The notes beneath the pieces were generated by a model. The model did no database searches. It had not been told where the DNA came from and saw only the letters and a list, made by a program, of their open reading frames with translations. From Octopus sinensis (lineage: Eukaryota), in contig NC_043006.1 of NCBI RefSeq assembly GCF_006345805.1, positions 31,310,001 through 31,374,000 on the forward strand: a stretch of 64,000 bases of DNA. Direction: 5' to 3'. How positions within the stretch are numbered: position 1 is the stretch's first letter; every line of letters begins with the position of its first letter. Of the stretch, positions 51,649-64,000 are shown one piece after another. Made by a program: the position numbers and the translations under genes.

Positions 51649-51703
51649 CTGCATCTAACTGCACTATTTTCTTTTCTATCGGTGTTGAAGAGGCACCCCC
51701 AAC
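51649..51703 (-). CDS. Candidate 55-nt exon (GWGCLFNTDRKENSAVRC if joined to 52179-52205)
   Basis: ATTTCAG acceptor, CAG|GTAAAA donor; phase-compatible with the upstream 27-nt exon. Confidence 0.35.
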
Positions 51704-52178
51704 CTGAAATGTATTCGTATTGCACATTCATTTCGACAAAACTTTATTGCTGTACCTCAACACAATAAACGATTCCATACAATAACGATTAGTGTTTCAT
51801 TCAAGCTGTGATGTTGGTGCAAACAGCAACACCGCTCACTAAGCAACTTTGGAGTATGAAATTTCATATCTGGCTTTCTTTTTTGTGGGTGTGTGTGTGT
51901 GTGATCAAATTCTATTGTATCTTTATCGCAGGTTAATAAAGTAAAAGTCATAATGTACTGAGGTGAATTCAACCAACCATGATATTTACCTTTTACAAAA
52001 CAGAGTTTAAAACCCGTGAAAGAAACTATCGATTTCTTACAAGGAAAGAAGAAGAAGAGAAAAAAAAAAAACTCCTTCAGTTATTCTCGAGCAACTGCAA
52101 TGAAAAATTGATATTTCAATACTTTCAAAACGCCCCTAGTTACGGAGTTTATCTTAAGTCGTCCGGGCAAGCACTTAC

Positions 52179-52205
52179 CTAACAAAAGTGTCAATTCGTT
52201 TCCAG
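52179..52205 (-). CDS. Candidate 27-nt microexon xGNELTLLL
   Basis: TTTACTTCCAG acceptor, consensus TAG|GTAAGT donor. Confidence 0.35.
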
Positions 52206-53068
52206 CTGGAAGTAAATTAAGTCTTTAGAAACTATTTATTATAGATCGAAACCGTTAAACTAATTGCTCAATTTTACGAAAAATTTGAGTGAATAATTTA
52301 AATATATCGTTGAGTTACATGTCGAAGGTTGATAATAAAAATTAGAAAGAAATATATTGAATTAGGAGAAAATAATTAAGATAAAATGTTTAATGTGACA
52401 GAAGATTAACTACTGCAACTTGCAAATTTCCAAACAGGACATTTTCTTCAACTCCACTCTTAAAATAGAATCGTCAAGCAAACCGATTCTACGTCTCAGA
52501 ATTTCTATTCCTTGTTGAAGCATTTGTATCAAAGCTACGAACCTGAACCATATTTAAAACACTCGGAACCATTTCTCTGTGGGACACGTTTTGTTCTTTT
52601 TCGCTGTTGTTATTGTTTATGATTGACCAGAAGATATGTCACCGAGGAACAAAGCGAAGATGCTTCATGCAAATATTCTCGAAAATGATTTTAATTAATT
52701 TCCTATAAAGTACATAACTTAAACCAATCATTACACAGATTAATGTTTTATAATTTGTTATCTAAAAGTACAATGGAAATAATAAAGATACAATCGGAAC
52801 GGCCTGAGTTATCTGCTCTTGCCCATTGTTCGCTGACGCCGTGGAGTTTCGGTAAATATTAGAATTAAAGGCAGAAAATCGTAGCATTAATGTCCTCATT
52901 CACCACGGATTTGCCTTTAAAACATTTTGCTTGCTAAATATTTTATGTTTCCGATAATTCAAAAATATTTTAATTTGATTAAAATACTAAAATGCAACAA
53001 TTTTATTGATTTGCAAACGAAGTCTTTGTTTAGCCAACGTGTAACAAAAGGAGAGTTATTTCCCTTAC

Positions 53069-53127
53069 CTTACAAAAATCCGTGCTGCAGATGCAGCACG
53101 GACTTTTGTCATTGAACAGGTCGCGGT
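53069..53127 (-). CDS. Candidate 59-nt exon (Y)RDLFNDKSPCCICSTDFCK
   Basis: CTATAAG acceptor, AAG|GTAAGG donor; Cys-rich C..CSTDFC motif. Confidence 0.4.
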
Positions 53128-53213
53128 CTTATAGCGACGAAAATATTTTGACAAATTAAATTTAAATGTTTAAGTGAATCGAACGGCTTCTGTGTGTTTC
53201 TTAAATGGCTTAC

Positions 53214-53269
53214 AAACACCTTCCACGCTGCAATTGTTTTCGTTCCAGCACACGATCTCAGACCACTTG
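53214..53269 (-). CDS. Candidate 56-nt exon KWSEIVCWNENNCSVEGV
   Basis: TTGCATAG acceptor, T|GTAAGC donor; an 86-nt intron joins it in frame to 53069-53127. Confidence 0.35.
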
Positions 53270-53966
53270 CTATGCAAATACATCTCCGTAACTTACAAAT
53301 TTTGTTTTCGGATTTCTTCATGAAAAACTCAAAACAATTTATATTTTATATTTGTGACAACGGTGATAATACTTCCCCCAAATTTATGATAATCTTTGAT
53401 ATTTTATTCTATATTTGAGTCCAAATAAAAGACACAAGAATAAAAATGCTGCACCGTTTTGCCATCTCAGAAGCCGAATTAAAATATGCCATTTCTGATA
53501 ATTCGAAAATTTCATGAGAATATTTCATTCTTTAAAATTATGGCGCGATTCAATCAATAATCTGTAATAATTCAGTGACACAATAATAGAACCGACATGC
53601 TAGAAACAGCAGCCAATTGTCTCTCAAATCACATCCACTGTTGGCATCTTTCTCGAGTTTACTGTTGAAAATAAAATAAAATAAAAACACTGCGAATCGA
53701 ATCTGCGTTGGTTGATTATTTTGACTTTTTTCACAAATTTTCTTTGTTTCAAGATTTTGACGCCGACGACGATGATAATGATACAGTTGGTAGTGATGGC
53801 GGTGGTGATGATGATGATTGTGGTGATAATGATAGTGACGGCGGCGGCGGCGGCGGAGATGATGATCATGATGATTAAGTGCATATCGTTCCAATAGCGA
53901 GGGTGACGGAGGCACAAGCGGCAGCGGCTGTGATAGCGGAGGTGGCGGTGGTGGTGGTGCTGCTGC

Positions 53967-53997
<31 letters not shown>

Positions 53998-54174
53998 GGT
54001 GACAGCGGCGGCGGTGGCGAGGATGATGATTGAGTGTATATCGTTCCAATAGCGTCTTCGTTATTCTATTTTTAAATCAGCCATTCTTTTCTTCTTCTTC
54101 TTCTTCTTCTTCTTCTTCTTCTTCTTCTCTTCTTCTTCTTCTTCTTCTTCTTCTCATCATCATTATCATTATTA

Positions 54175-54232
<58 letters not shown>

Positions 54233-54236
54233 CATT

Positions 54237-54273
<37 letters not shown>

Positions 54274-54453
54274 GAATTATGAAAGCGGCGGGCTGGACCC
54301 ATCGCTATCGATCCCGAGATCGACTTTGCCCTTTCGACCTTTCGGGGTCGATGAAGCAAGAACCATTTTTATACTGGAATCGATGAAATCGATTAGCCCC
54401 CTCCCCCAGACTTACAGGCTTTGTGCCATTCGTAGAAAGAATTATTATTATTA

Positions 54454-54515
<62 letters not shown>

Positions 54516-54518
<3 letters not shown>

Positions 54519-55438
54519 CTACGTAGCCAGCCGATTGCAACTGGGGGTGCTATCTTGATAGCTGGGGTGCTGAACAGGGGTACGGACAAAAGCTCCTACT
54601 TAAAATGTGAAAGTGGACAAAAGTCCCATGCTTATATTTTTCGGAGTTTTTTTGGGTTTTTTTTTTCCACATTTCTTGACGCCTTACCTGGTCAAAACTT
54701 CTGATATATTCGTTCTTATTTTCATTTCAGTTGTTGCAATCATTAAACTGAGACCATGCTGAGGCATCCATCACCTCGAAGAATTTTTAGTCGAATGTAT
54801 CGACTCCAATATTTTTTTTTAATGATTTTCAACAAGCACATAGAGGTCTTTCAACATGCTAGAGATAACAGCCTAATCTTTAAACATTATTTTTTATACA
54901 ATATAAAATAAAGATAGACCACGATGCTGACAGTGTGTCTTCTCAACAATTCGATGATTTCGTTTTGCATTGCTGCTGAGGTGTAGGTCGCATTCTTTGG
55001 AATCGTGCTGTAACATTCCATTAGCTTTGAGTCTTTCTCTAATGTGTACTGGAATAATTTCATAAAAAGAACACAAGGCTACGTATCATCTTCCGAATAA
55101 AGATCCTGAAAAGTTTCATTTTCGTTTCCTCGAAAAGGCAATTCGTTTGCACAAGGAAAATAAACAATATCAACAATGGAACTGATATAATTAACGGTTT
55201 TTGCTCAACTGATCATTTTGCAAGAATGAAGACACGGATATTGTTGTGGATAAACGCTGTTGGCGTTCCTTCCATGTTACAATAGCTTGGGTATGGGATG
55301 CAGAGTTTGCGTGCTTATTTAAACCTTTGTTTTTCAAAAGTGGATAAAACAAAAAATTCTCATAATGGGGTGGAGGGGCTGAGATTCTAACTGGGGGTGC
55401 TGAGCACCCCATAGCCACCCACCCGGTAGCTACGTGCC

Positions 55439-55439
<1 letters not shown>
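54516..55439 (-). mobile_element. Internally deleted hAT (Tip100/ZMYM1-like) element, copy 1, between (TTA)n runs
   Basis: KHANSASHTQAIVTWKE, ELPFRG...LFQYTLEKD...IPKNATYTS..MQNEII; imperfect TIR CAGCTACGTAGC / GCTACGTGCCT. Confidence 0.8.
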
Positions 55440-55493
<54 letters not shown>

Positions 55494-55515
55494 CATTATT
55501 ATTATTATTATTATT

Positions 55516-56439
55516 CAGCTACGTAGCCAGCCGATTGCAACTGGGGGTGCTATCTTGATAGCTGGGGTGCTGAACAGGGGTACGGACAAAAGCTCCTACT
55601 TAAAATGTGAAAGTGGACAAAAGTCCCATGCTTATATTTTTCGGAGTTTTTTTGGGTTTTTTTTTTCCACATTTCTTGACGCCTTACCTGGTCAAAACTT
55701 CTGATATATTTCGTTCTTATTTTCATTTCAGTTGTTGCAATCATTAAACTGAGACCATGCTGAGGCATCCATCACCTCGAAGAATTTTTAGTCGAATGTA
55801 TCGACTCCAATATTTTTTTTTAATGATTTTCAACAAGCACATAGAGGTCTTTCAACATGCTAGAGATAACAGCCTAATCTTTAAACATTATTTTTTATAC
55901 AATATAAAATAAAGATAGACCACGATGCTGACAGTGTGTCTTCTCAACAATTCGATGATTTCGTTTTGCATTGCTGCTGAGGTGTAGGTCGCATTCTTTG
56001 GAATCGTGCTGTAACATTCCATTAGCTTTGAGTCTTTCTCTAATGTGTACTGGAATAATTTCATAAAAAGAACACAAGGCTACGTATCATCTTCCGAATA
56101 AAGATCCTGAAAAGTTTCATTTTCGTTTCCTCGAAAAGGCAATTCGTTTGCACAAGGAAAATAAACAATATCAACAATGGAACTGATATAATTAACGGTT
56201 TTTGCTCAACTGATCATTTTGCAAGAATGAAGACACGGATATTGTTGTGGATAAACGCTGTTGGCGTTCCTTCCATGTTACAATAGCTTGGGTATGGGAT
56301 GCAGAGTTTGCGTGCTTATTTAAACCTTTGTTTTTCAAAAGTGGATAAAACAAAAAATTCTCATAATGGGGTGGAGGGGCTGAGATTCTAACTGGGGGTG
56401 CTGAGCACCCCATAGCCACCCACCCGGTAGCTACGTGCC

Positions 56440-56440
<1 letters not shown>
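55516..56440 (-). mobile_element. Same hAT element, tandem copy 2 (near-identical, period about 1000 bp)
   Basis: Line-by-line identity with 54516-55439 apart from about one indel. Confidence 0.85.
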
Positions 56441-56502
<62 letters not shown>

Positions 56503-56505
<3 letters not shown>

Positions 56506-56892
56506 GAAAACTCACAGCTTATTTTGCTGAGTATGATGGAATGTGTCTGCTGTCCACAGCCAGCAAACTAAGGTGACACTTGTTTACTGGCCATACTTCA
56601 TGAACCCTGCGAAGAATTCTTGCAGTTCCAAACAATGCTGATTTTTGTAGGTGTTCTACCTTCACACTTGCAGCCATGTTGGTAGTTGAGTGCTGATACT
56701 TCCAAGTGCACCAATTGCTATTGGTATCACGTCTAATCTCTTCATTGACCACAACCTTCGTATTTCTCACTTCAAATCGTCGTAATTGTTTATTTTTGCT
56801 TCTTCTTTCACATTGATCCTGTTGTCACCGGGACATTCTATGTCGATTACCATACATGCTCTTTCTTTTTTATTCACCACAACAATGTATTG
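56503..56892 (-). mobile_element. 3' end of an R4/Dong element (restriction-like endonuclease) abutting (TAA)n
   Basis: IVVVNKKERACMVIDIECPGD...IPIAIGALG...EHLQKSALFGTARILRRV; the 3' end runs into (TAA)n, the known Dong target. Confidence 0.85.
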
Positions 56893-56925
56893 TTGTAGTT
56901 GTTGTTGTTAAAAGAAATCAATTTA

Positions 56926-57340
56926 AGGCGGCGAGCTGGCAGAATCGATAGCACGCCGGGCAAAATGCTTAGCAGTATTTCGTCTGCTTCTACGTTCTGA
57001 GTTCAAATTCCGCCGAGGTCGACTTTGCCTTTCATTCTTTCGGGGTCGATAAATTAAGTACCAGTAACGCACTGGGGTCGATGTAATCGACTTAATCCGT
57101 TTGTCTGTCCTTGTTTGTCCCCTTTGTATTTAGCCCCTTGTGGGTAGTAAAGAAATAGGTATTTCGTCTGCCGCTACGTTCTGAGTTCAAATTCCGCCGA
57201 GGTCGACTTTGCCTTTCATCCTTTCGGGGTCGATTAAATAAGTACCAGTTACTCACTGGGGTCGATATAATCGACTTAATCCGTTTGTCTGTCCTTGTTT
57301 GTTCCCTCTATGTGTAGCCCCTTGTGGGCAATAAAGAATT
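56926..57340 (+). mobile_element. Meta-domain SINE with two body units in tandem
   Basis: Head aaggcggcgagctggcagaatcg, then the unit repeats across the junction AAAGAAATAGG|TATTTCGTCTG at about 57159. Confidence 0.9.
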
Positions 57341-57478
57341 AAGAAATCAAAGAGACTCCAGTGTAGTCTCTATTTACTGTCACTAAATTTGGTACAGTTC
57401 ACACATATATATATATTTCTGTCTGTGTGTCTCTGTGTATATATGTATATAAGCATGCATACACACACACATTCACAA

Positions 57479-57527
<49 letters not shown>

Positions 57528-57704
57528 CATACATACATACATACATATATATATACATATATATGTACGTATATATATACACATGTATGTATATATGTAT
57601 ATATACACACATATATATGTATGTATATATATATATATATATATCTATATACATATATACCAATATATATATATGTTAATATGTACACACACACACACAT
57701 ACAC

Positions 57705-57716
57705 ACATATATATAC

Positions 57717-57750
<34 letters not shown>

Positions 57751-58133
57751 GTGTACGTATATAAATATATATATATACATATATACCTATATATATATAT
57801 ATACATATTTATATGTACACACATACGCACACACATACATATATATATATATGCATATACAAAGATATATATATATATATATAATATTAATAAATAAAAC
57901 ACATGCATATATATATACATATATGTACGTACCTACCTCTACATGTATATATACACGCATATATGAGTACAGGACACCAAAAAAACGTCGAACACAATGA
58001 GAAACGAAAACAGAGACACAAACATAAGGAACTGGACATTTTTCTTAAACAACAAAAAATAGAGTACAGGACAAATAACACAAGGAAAAAACCCTTCATC
58101 AGTCGCCATGGTTTCATACATATACATATATAC

Positions 58134-58167
<34 letters not shown>

Positions 58168-58535
58168 GTGTACGTATATAAATATATATATATACATATA
58201 TACCTATATATATATATATACATATTTATATGTACACACATACGCACACACATACATATATATATATATGCATATACAAAGATATATATATATATATAAT
58301 ATTAATAAATAAAACACATGCATATATATATACATATATGTACGTACCTACCTCTACATGTATATATACACGCATATATGAGTACAGGACACCAAAAAAA
58401 CGTCGAACACAATGAGAAACGAAAACAGAGACACAAACATAAGGAACTGGACATTTTTCTTAAACAACAAAAAATAGAGTACAGGACAAATAACACAAGG
58501 AAAAAACCCTTCATCAGTCGCCATGGTTTCATACA
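57705..58535. repeat. 415-bp tandem duplication containing a PLE-like antisense segment
   Basis: gagtacaggacacc at 57965 and 58380; includes ccttcatcagtcg (minus-strand CTGATGA). Confidence 0.9.
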
Positions 58536-58536
58536 T

Positions 58537-58571
<35 letters not shown>

Positions 58572-58643
58572 CCGGAGTAAACACATAAATGTGAAACAAG
58601 GTGGAAAAAAGAGTACTCAAATAACAGTGGTAGAGTAAAATGT

Positions 58644-58823
58644 TTTATTTAAAGCAGCAGAAAATTCAACAAAATCTGTTACTCTGAGTTTCTCGTTGCC
58701 GTTCATCAGACAGTTTTTGCTAGAATGGAGCCGCGGTTCCATTCTAGCAAAAACTGTCTGATGAACGGCAACGAGAAACTCAGAGTAACAGATTTTGTTG
58801 AATTTTCTGCTGCTTTAAATAAA
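58644..58823. repeat. 180-bp near-perfect palindrome
   Basis: Arms pair around centre 58733/58734 with a single G.T near the centre. Confidence 0.95.
58750..58796 (+). ncRNA. Minimal type I hammerhead motif (mirror copy on minus strand at about 58671-58717)
   Basis: CTGT-CTGATGA-A CG GCAA CG A-GAAAC-TCAGA-GTA-ACAG; stem II closes with an A.A mismatch. Confidence 0.65.
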
Positions 58824-58832
58824 GTATATATA

Positions 58833-58917
<85 letters not shown>

Positions 58918-59089
58918 TCTACAAACATATGTAAATATATATACAGAGATAAAAATGAGTTCAAAATGAACAACTCAAACATTTTGAGAGATCCAGAAAA
59001 AGAGAAAAAATTATTTCTAACAAAGATTCATCATATTCATAAAAATCAGCCAGAACAAGTATTAAGAATAAGAAAATAATATTTGAAAA

Positions 59090-59305
59090 ATATAAAAATA
59101 TACCATAAACAAGTATCAAAAAATGGAGGGAAGACAAAAAAGATGTTGAGTCAAAATTATAACTTCTATGATTATAATTTTTTTCTTACATATTGTCTTT
59201 CGAAACGTGCGTATGTATTGAATCCAATTTTGTATTAAATCTAATTTTGATTCAACATCTATTTTCCTCCATTTTTTAATACTTGTTTATGGTATATTTA
59301 TATCT
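59090..59305. repeat. Imperfect inverted repeat (about 60-bp arms, about 85-bp spacer)
   Basis: taccataaacaagtatcaaaaaatggagg...gatgttgagtcaaaatt versus aattttgattcaacatct...cctccattttttaatacttgtttatggta. Confidence 0.85.
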
Positions 59306-59759
59306 ATAACGAAATTTTTCAACTAAATATATATACATGCACACACACACATACACATATATGTCGAAAATCCTTTGGATTTTAAACAAACTAAAAGATA
59401 TTAAAAATAAACCAGCATTCTCTTAGGAGAGATTCCAATATTTGGTGGGTGTGCTGGTGTAACCCCAAATCGTCAAGTAAAGGGACACAACTTTTATTGT
59501 CGTAGAAGGCTTATGTACCTTGTATAATGAAATAGCACATTGCTGGGCAAATGGCAGATTAAGAGTTAGCAGTTTCTACTTGATTTTGTAGCGAAATTCA
59601 ATGTTTAATTTAAATGTTGCCTTAGCTTTCATTGAAAGTTTCTTAGTATCCCTTTTGTCATGTAAGAAAAATATATTTGTTAAGAGAATGGGCGACTCTA
59701 CTTGACTATTTGTAAGAGTCCATTTTTAGCTTAATTTTCAGTTTGACTCAACGCGTCGA

Positions 59760-61055
59760 ATTTCTTCTTATTTCATGAGTCGGTTGTAGTTTCGGATAGT
59801 CTGAAGTTCTCAATCCCCTAACACAAGAATATATTTGAATATTCGAAGTTTGTATGTCTTTGCATGGAGACATGAGATCAAAGTTTCTTCCTTCTTGTTA
59901 AGAAGCGATGAGGTGAAGTAAAAATCTCGAGTTTTTGTTACAGCTAGTACACAGTAACTACTAGGGCCGTTGCAAATTTTTGCCTTTTCACCAATACTCT
60001 CTTTTACTCTCAGTTGCTTTTCGATCAATCTTTCATGAACCATGTATATTTCTGAGCCTAAAGAAAGATGCATGTATCTAGCTTTAAAGGTATTCTCGGT
60101 TCATACTATGTACGTTTGTCTTGTACGTTCTGCTGATTCTGTATCTATCTTACATACTATTCCTTTTGATAGACATTTCCTATCTAAGTGTACCTCAATG
60201 CGTCTTTGTAATTTCATTTAAGTTGTTTGTGTTATATTTATAGATATTTTGGTTTTGGTTAGATATCTGTAATTCTATGTTTCCCTGACAACTAAGACAA
60301 ATCTCAACAACTTTTTGTTAAGAGTTTTTTTTTTTAATATCTGTATGAAGTTTGAGTAATGATCAGTTTAAGAAAGATCTAAGTAAATACATTTAAACTA
60401 TGGGGAGGGTTGAACCAGATAATGTTTCTTTTTTTTTTTTAGTATGTGTTTTAGCGTTATTTGGTGTGAATTGTTCTATGCATTTAGTTTGGTCTTAAAA
60501 CCACTTCTTGTGTGGGACATGCTAGATATTTCTCCTCTGAATGATTACTTGGTTATGAATGACGTAATGTAGTCTGTAATGAGCTGTATTAACGGGTAGT
60601 TGGAATAGTTTAAATAAATGATTTTTTCTTTGGGTTTGTGGCTGAGATGGTGTTTTTCTGTTTATATTTAGCGCAGTATCTGATAAATGTATCATCTTTA
60701 AATTTTTATTGATCTTAATTTATTAACAAAAATACTTTAAAATTGTTAATTAGTGCCTCCCCGAATTTGTTCCTGTTATATCGAGCCGGCTTATTTTATA
60801 GGATACAGTAAGTCCATCGTCTCTGCATAGTTTTATGTTGGTGGGTCTTGTTATCTTATAAATAAGATGTATCTTTTTATCTGTAAAATGTATCTCCTTC
60901 CAAATCGGAAATCTCTGCTCCATCGAAAATCCCTACTTATACACTAAAACCTTCATTTTCGCTTTTGAATCGGAAGAAACTATCATAAATAGCAACTACT
61001 TCTCCGTGATTCTGAGTTTCAAGAAAAGGTGATTCATTACGCTCATCAGATAGGC
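59760..61055 (-). mobile_element. Decayed Penelope-like element (RT + GIY-YIG), with a decayed HHR-like motif at its 5' side (61004-61054)
   Basis: FDGAEISDLEG, LCRDDGL, RNIIWFNPPHSLNV, LDRKCLSKGIV...TENTFKARY, LLNKKEETLISCLH. Confidence 0.85.
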
Positions 61056-62058
61056 AGCTTAAGGATCTGCCAAGAATGACTGTTGCAGAGGCCCTTTCAG
61101 AAAGTAAAAAAAAAAGTGTACTAAAAATTAATATTGCATGGGTGATAACTCATAATCCACGAGAACTGAGATAGGAGAAGAGAGGTATGTAGAAAGAGAG
61201 GAAGAAAGTAAAGAATGTCTGGTATATTAAAACATGAAAGACTGAATGACAACCAACCCCGAAAAGCAGTGGGTAGAACATACTGGCGTTTATTCCCCCT
61301 AAGCTGCCTTGGAGCATTTTAGAATATATTTCTGCTCATGTAAACAAGGTCTGAACCTATCTGATTTCGTATTTAGTACACTGGATGTGTGAGATAGTGT
61401 TTATCTTTGTATGTACGTCCATACATAAACACCAGTGTCTCATTCGACACGAGCTGAATCTTACTGGTATGATTAAACAACCTTCCCTCCACCCCCACCA
61501 CCAACGGCCACGTTTCTCATCATCTTAAAATTCCAGAAATCAGGACGAGGGTTCGGCTTCATAAATCTGTTTTTGTTTTTTTGTGGGGCGGGGGGTCGAT
61601 TGGTATTTAAGACACGGTTTGTGGTTTCATAAAGTATTGCTGCCATTACCATTGCCATTATCTTAAATTTTGAAAATCGCCCAAATTATGGTAAGGTTCG
61701 TATTTGTTGCAGTTATTGAAGCTCCATCAAAGATGCGACAAGTCAACCCAAATCGAACAGACCCAAATGGAAGCGTTTCTGCCGAGACCATCATTCTTTT
61801 TAGTTCAGAGATAGAAAAGACTAGATTATCTAATGTGTTCTCTCTGCATTTCAGGTGGCAAGATGTGATTTCAGGGGAATTTAGCTGCTATTTCTAGCAG
61901 TTGAGTCCTGCATAGAATCTCCCTCATTGGCTTTTGCATGCTTAAAATTTCTATTTAGATTCTTTTCCTCTTTTATCGTGAGAGAATGCGCGCCCTGAAG
62001 CATTTCAAATATTGGTTTCAAATTTCATTAGCCCTGTGTGGCCAATAAAGAAACATTA

Positions 62059-62556
<498 letters not shown>

Positions 62557-62557
<1 letters not shown>

Positions 62558-64000
62558 AGCCCATGCCGTCCACCAGCGCCTCCGTCGTGGGACGCTGGAC
62601 CGACGGCCCGGTTGAGTTGCTCGGGGTCTGGTTTGGTCCGGACCTCCAAGTGGAGAAGAACTGGAACGAGATAACGAGTAGGGTGGTCACTCTCGCCCGG
62701 CAATGGGCCGAGAGGAAACTGTCCCTAAAAGGTCGAGCGGAGGTGGCGAACACGTACATCGCGTCCGTCATCTACTACCGCCTGACCGTCGTACCTTGTC
62801 CCGACCCTACCATCACCAAACTACAACGCATCCTCTTTCGCTTCTTGTGGAAAGGATGCGTCCCGATGGTCAGGCGATCCATTGCTGTCAACACCCGTTA
62901 AAAGGAGGGCTGGGCATGCCGTGGTTGATGATGCGCAGACACGCGCTGAGACTGCGACATCTCTGGCTCTATGTAGACGACGGTGAACAGGTGTGGTCGC
63001 CGTTGTGAGGCACGCTTTCCCGCAGCTCGTCTCCATGACCGAACTGCAGTCGTGGATCAAAAAGAGGCCGAGGAAGGGCGAATGGCACCGCGAGTGTCGC
63101 GTTGCTCTCAAGCAACTCTGCCGTCCTGGGTCGACCTTAAGTGACTTCAACACAACCAAAGCATTCTATAGGGGTTTAGTGGAGGGGAGGTACGACGACG
63201 AGCTCGGGGCGAACCTGGACGTCGACGAGGAGTACCTGACCCGCCTGTTCGGGACGACTTTCGGGCCAGGGCCCATGGACAACTTCCAGAGATCCCTGGC
63301 CTGGCAGTGCTACCGAGAAGCGCTACCCGTTCGGGATAAGCTCTACAGACACGGCTCGAGAAACACGGGGCCGACCTGCCCGAGATGCGGTCAGAGCGAC
63401 GAAACCGTTCTGCACGCACTCGTTCAGTGTCCAACAATTTCCGACCTGTGGGCTTATGTCGAACAACTGCTGTCACGTGTGGGACGAGTCGGTTTATCAG
63501 CTGAGTCTATCGTCAATATTGTCACGCCTCCTTCCTTCAAACGGGAAGGAAGAGCTATTTTCATCATCCTTGTGGCTATGGCGAAAGAATGTATCTGGTG
63601 GACGCGTCTGAAAGGATTGGAGACAAACACTTTCCTCTCTGGTCAATCTCTCATCAACTTCTTCAAGTACCACTTGAAAAGGAAAGTGAGAGTAGAGAGG
63701 CAAGTTTTGTCTAGCGAATGTTTTAAAAAAAGATGGGTGAATGTAGCAAGAATGGCACGTATGAATGACGAAGCCACCTTGAGCATAGTCCTATGAACCC
63801 AGAAATCGAAAACAGAGAGTTGCTTATTTGCAAAAAAAAAAAAAAAAAAAAAAAGAAATATAAAATGTGACTTCATTGACCGAGGTTACCGTGGTCTTTT
63901 CTGCAGGCTTTTCTTTCCACGGGTAAACCTCACCTGTCCTCCCCTTTACACTTCATATTGACATTTCTGTGATAACGATCCCTATTGATCATTTTTTTTC
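62557..64000 (+). mobile_element. 5'-truncated L1/Tx1-like LINE, ORF2 C-terminus (zf-RVT) and 3'UTR running off the window
   Basis: [56 protein letters not shown]; two frameshifts; GC-rich, young-looking. Confidence 0.9.

Noticed and set aside
53553-53662. Exon-like frame SGCDLRDNWLLFLACRFYYCVTELL after a strong acceptor
   Set aside because: Overlaps the GCTAGAAATAGCAGC interspersed repeat, so the Cys pattern is probably incidental.
59160-59220. HHR-like CGAAAC-GTGC-GTA in the inverted-repeat spacer
   Set aside because: CUGAUGA core and stem I are not recoverable; kept only as supporting context.
61633-61690. Plus-strand exon-like IAAITIAIILNFENRPNY with G|GTAAGG donor
   Set aside because: Weak acceptor, no partner exons and no homology; insufficient support.

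Overview
AT-rich, microsatellite-dense eukaryotic genomic DNA with one 100-N gap (15278-15377). The SINE families and repeat spectrum resemble an octopus/coleoid cephalopod genome (inference). Most recognisable sequence is mobile DNA. It includes nested non-LTR retrotransposons (R4/Dong, RTE, two CR1, an RTE-BovB-like element, two L1/Tx1-like copies, a further RLE-type 3' end), several tRNA-derived SINE families, hAT-type DNA transposons, MITEs and Penelope-like elements (PLEs). No host gene can be named. A few short minus-strand segments bounded by splice sites (about 4.3, 12.7, 20.3 and 50.3-53.3 kb) and a promoter/5'UTR-like zone (33-41 kb) suggest nearby host genes. The most notable signal is a set of type I hammerhead ribozyme (HHR) motifs of several distinct sequence families, repeatedly placed in inverted repeats. 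One is a 745-bp foldback whose two HHR-bearing arms bracket a captured piece of a CR1 LINE. Another is a 180-bp near-perfect palindrome with an HHR on each strand. Most long six-frame ORFs are microsatellite translations and were rejected.
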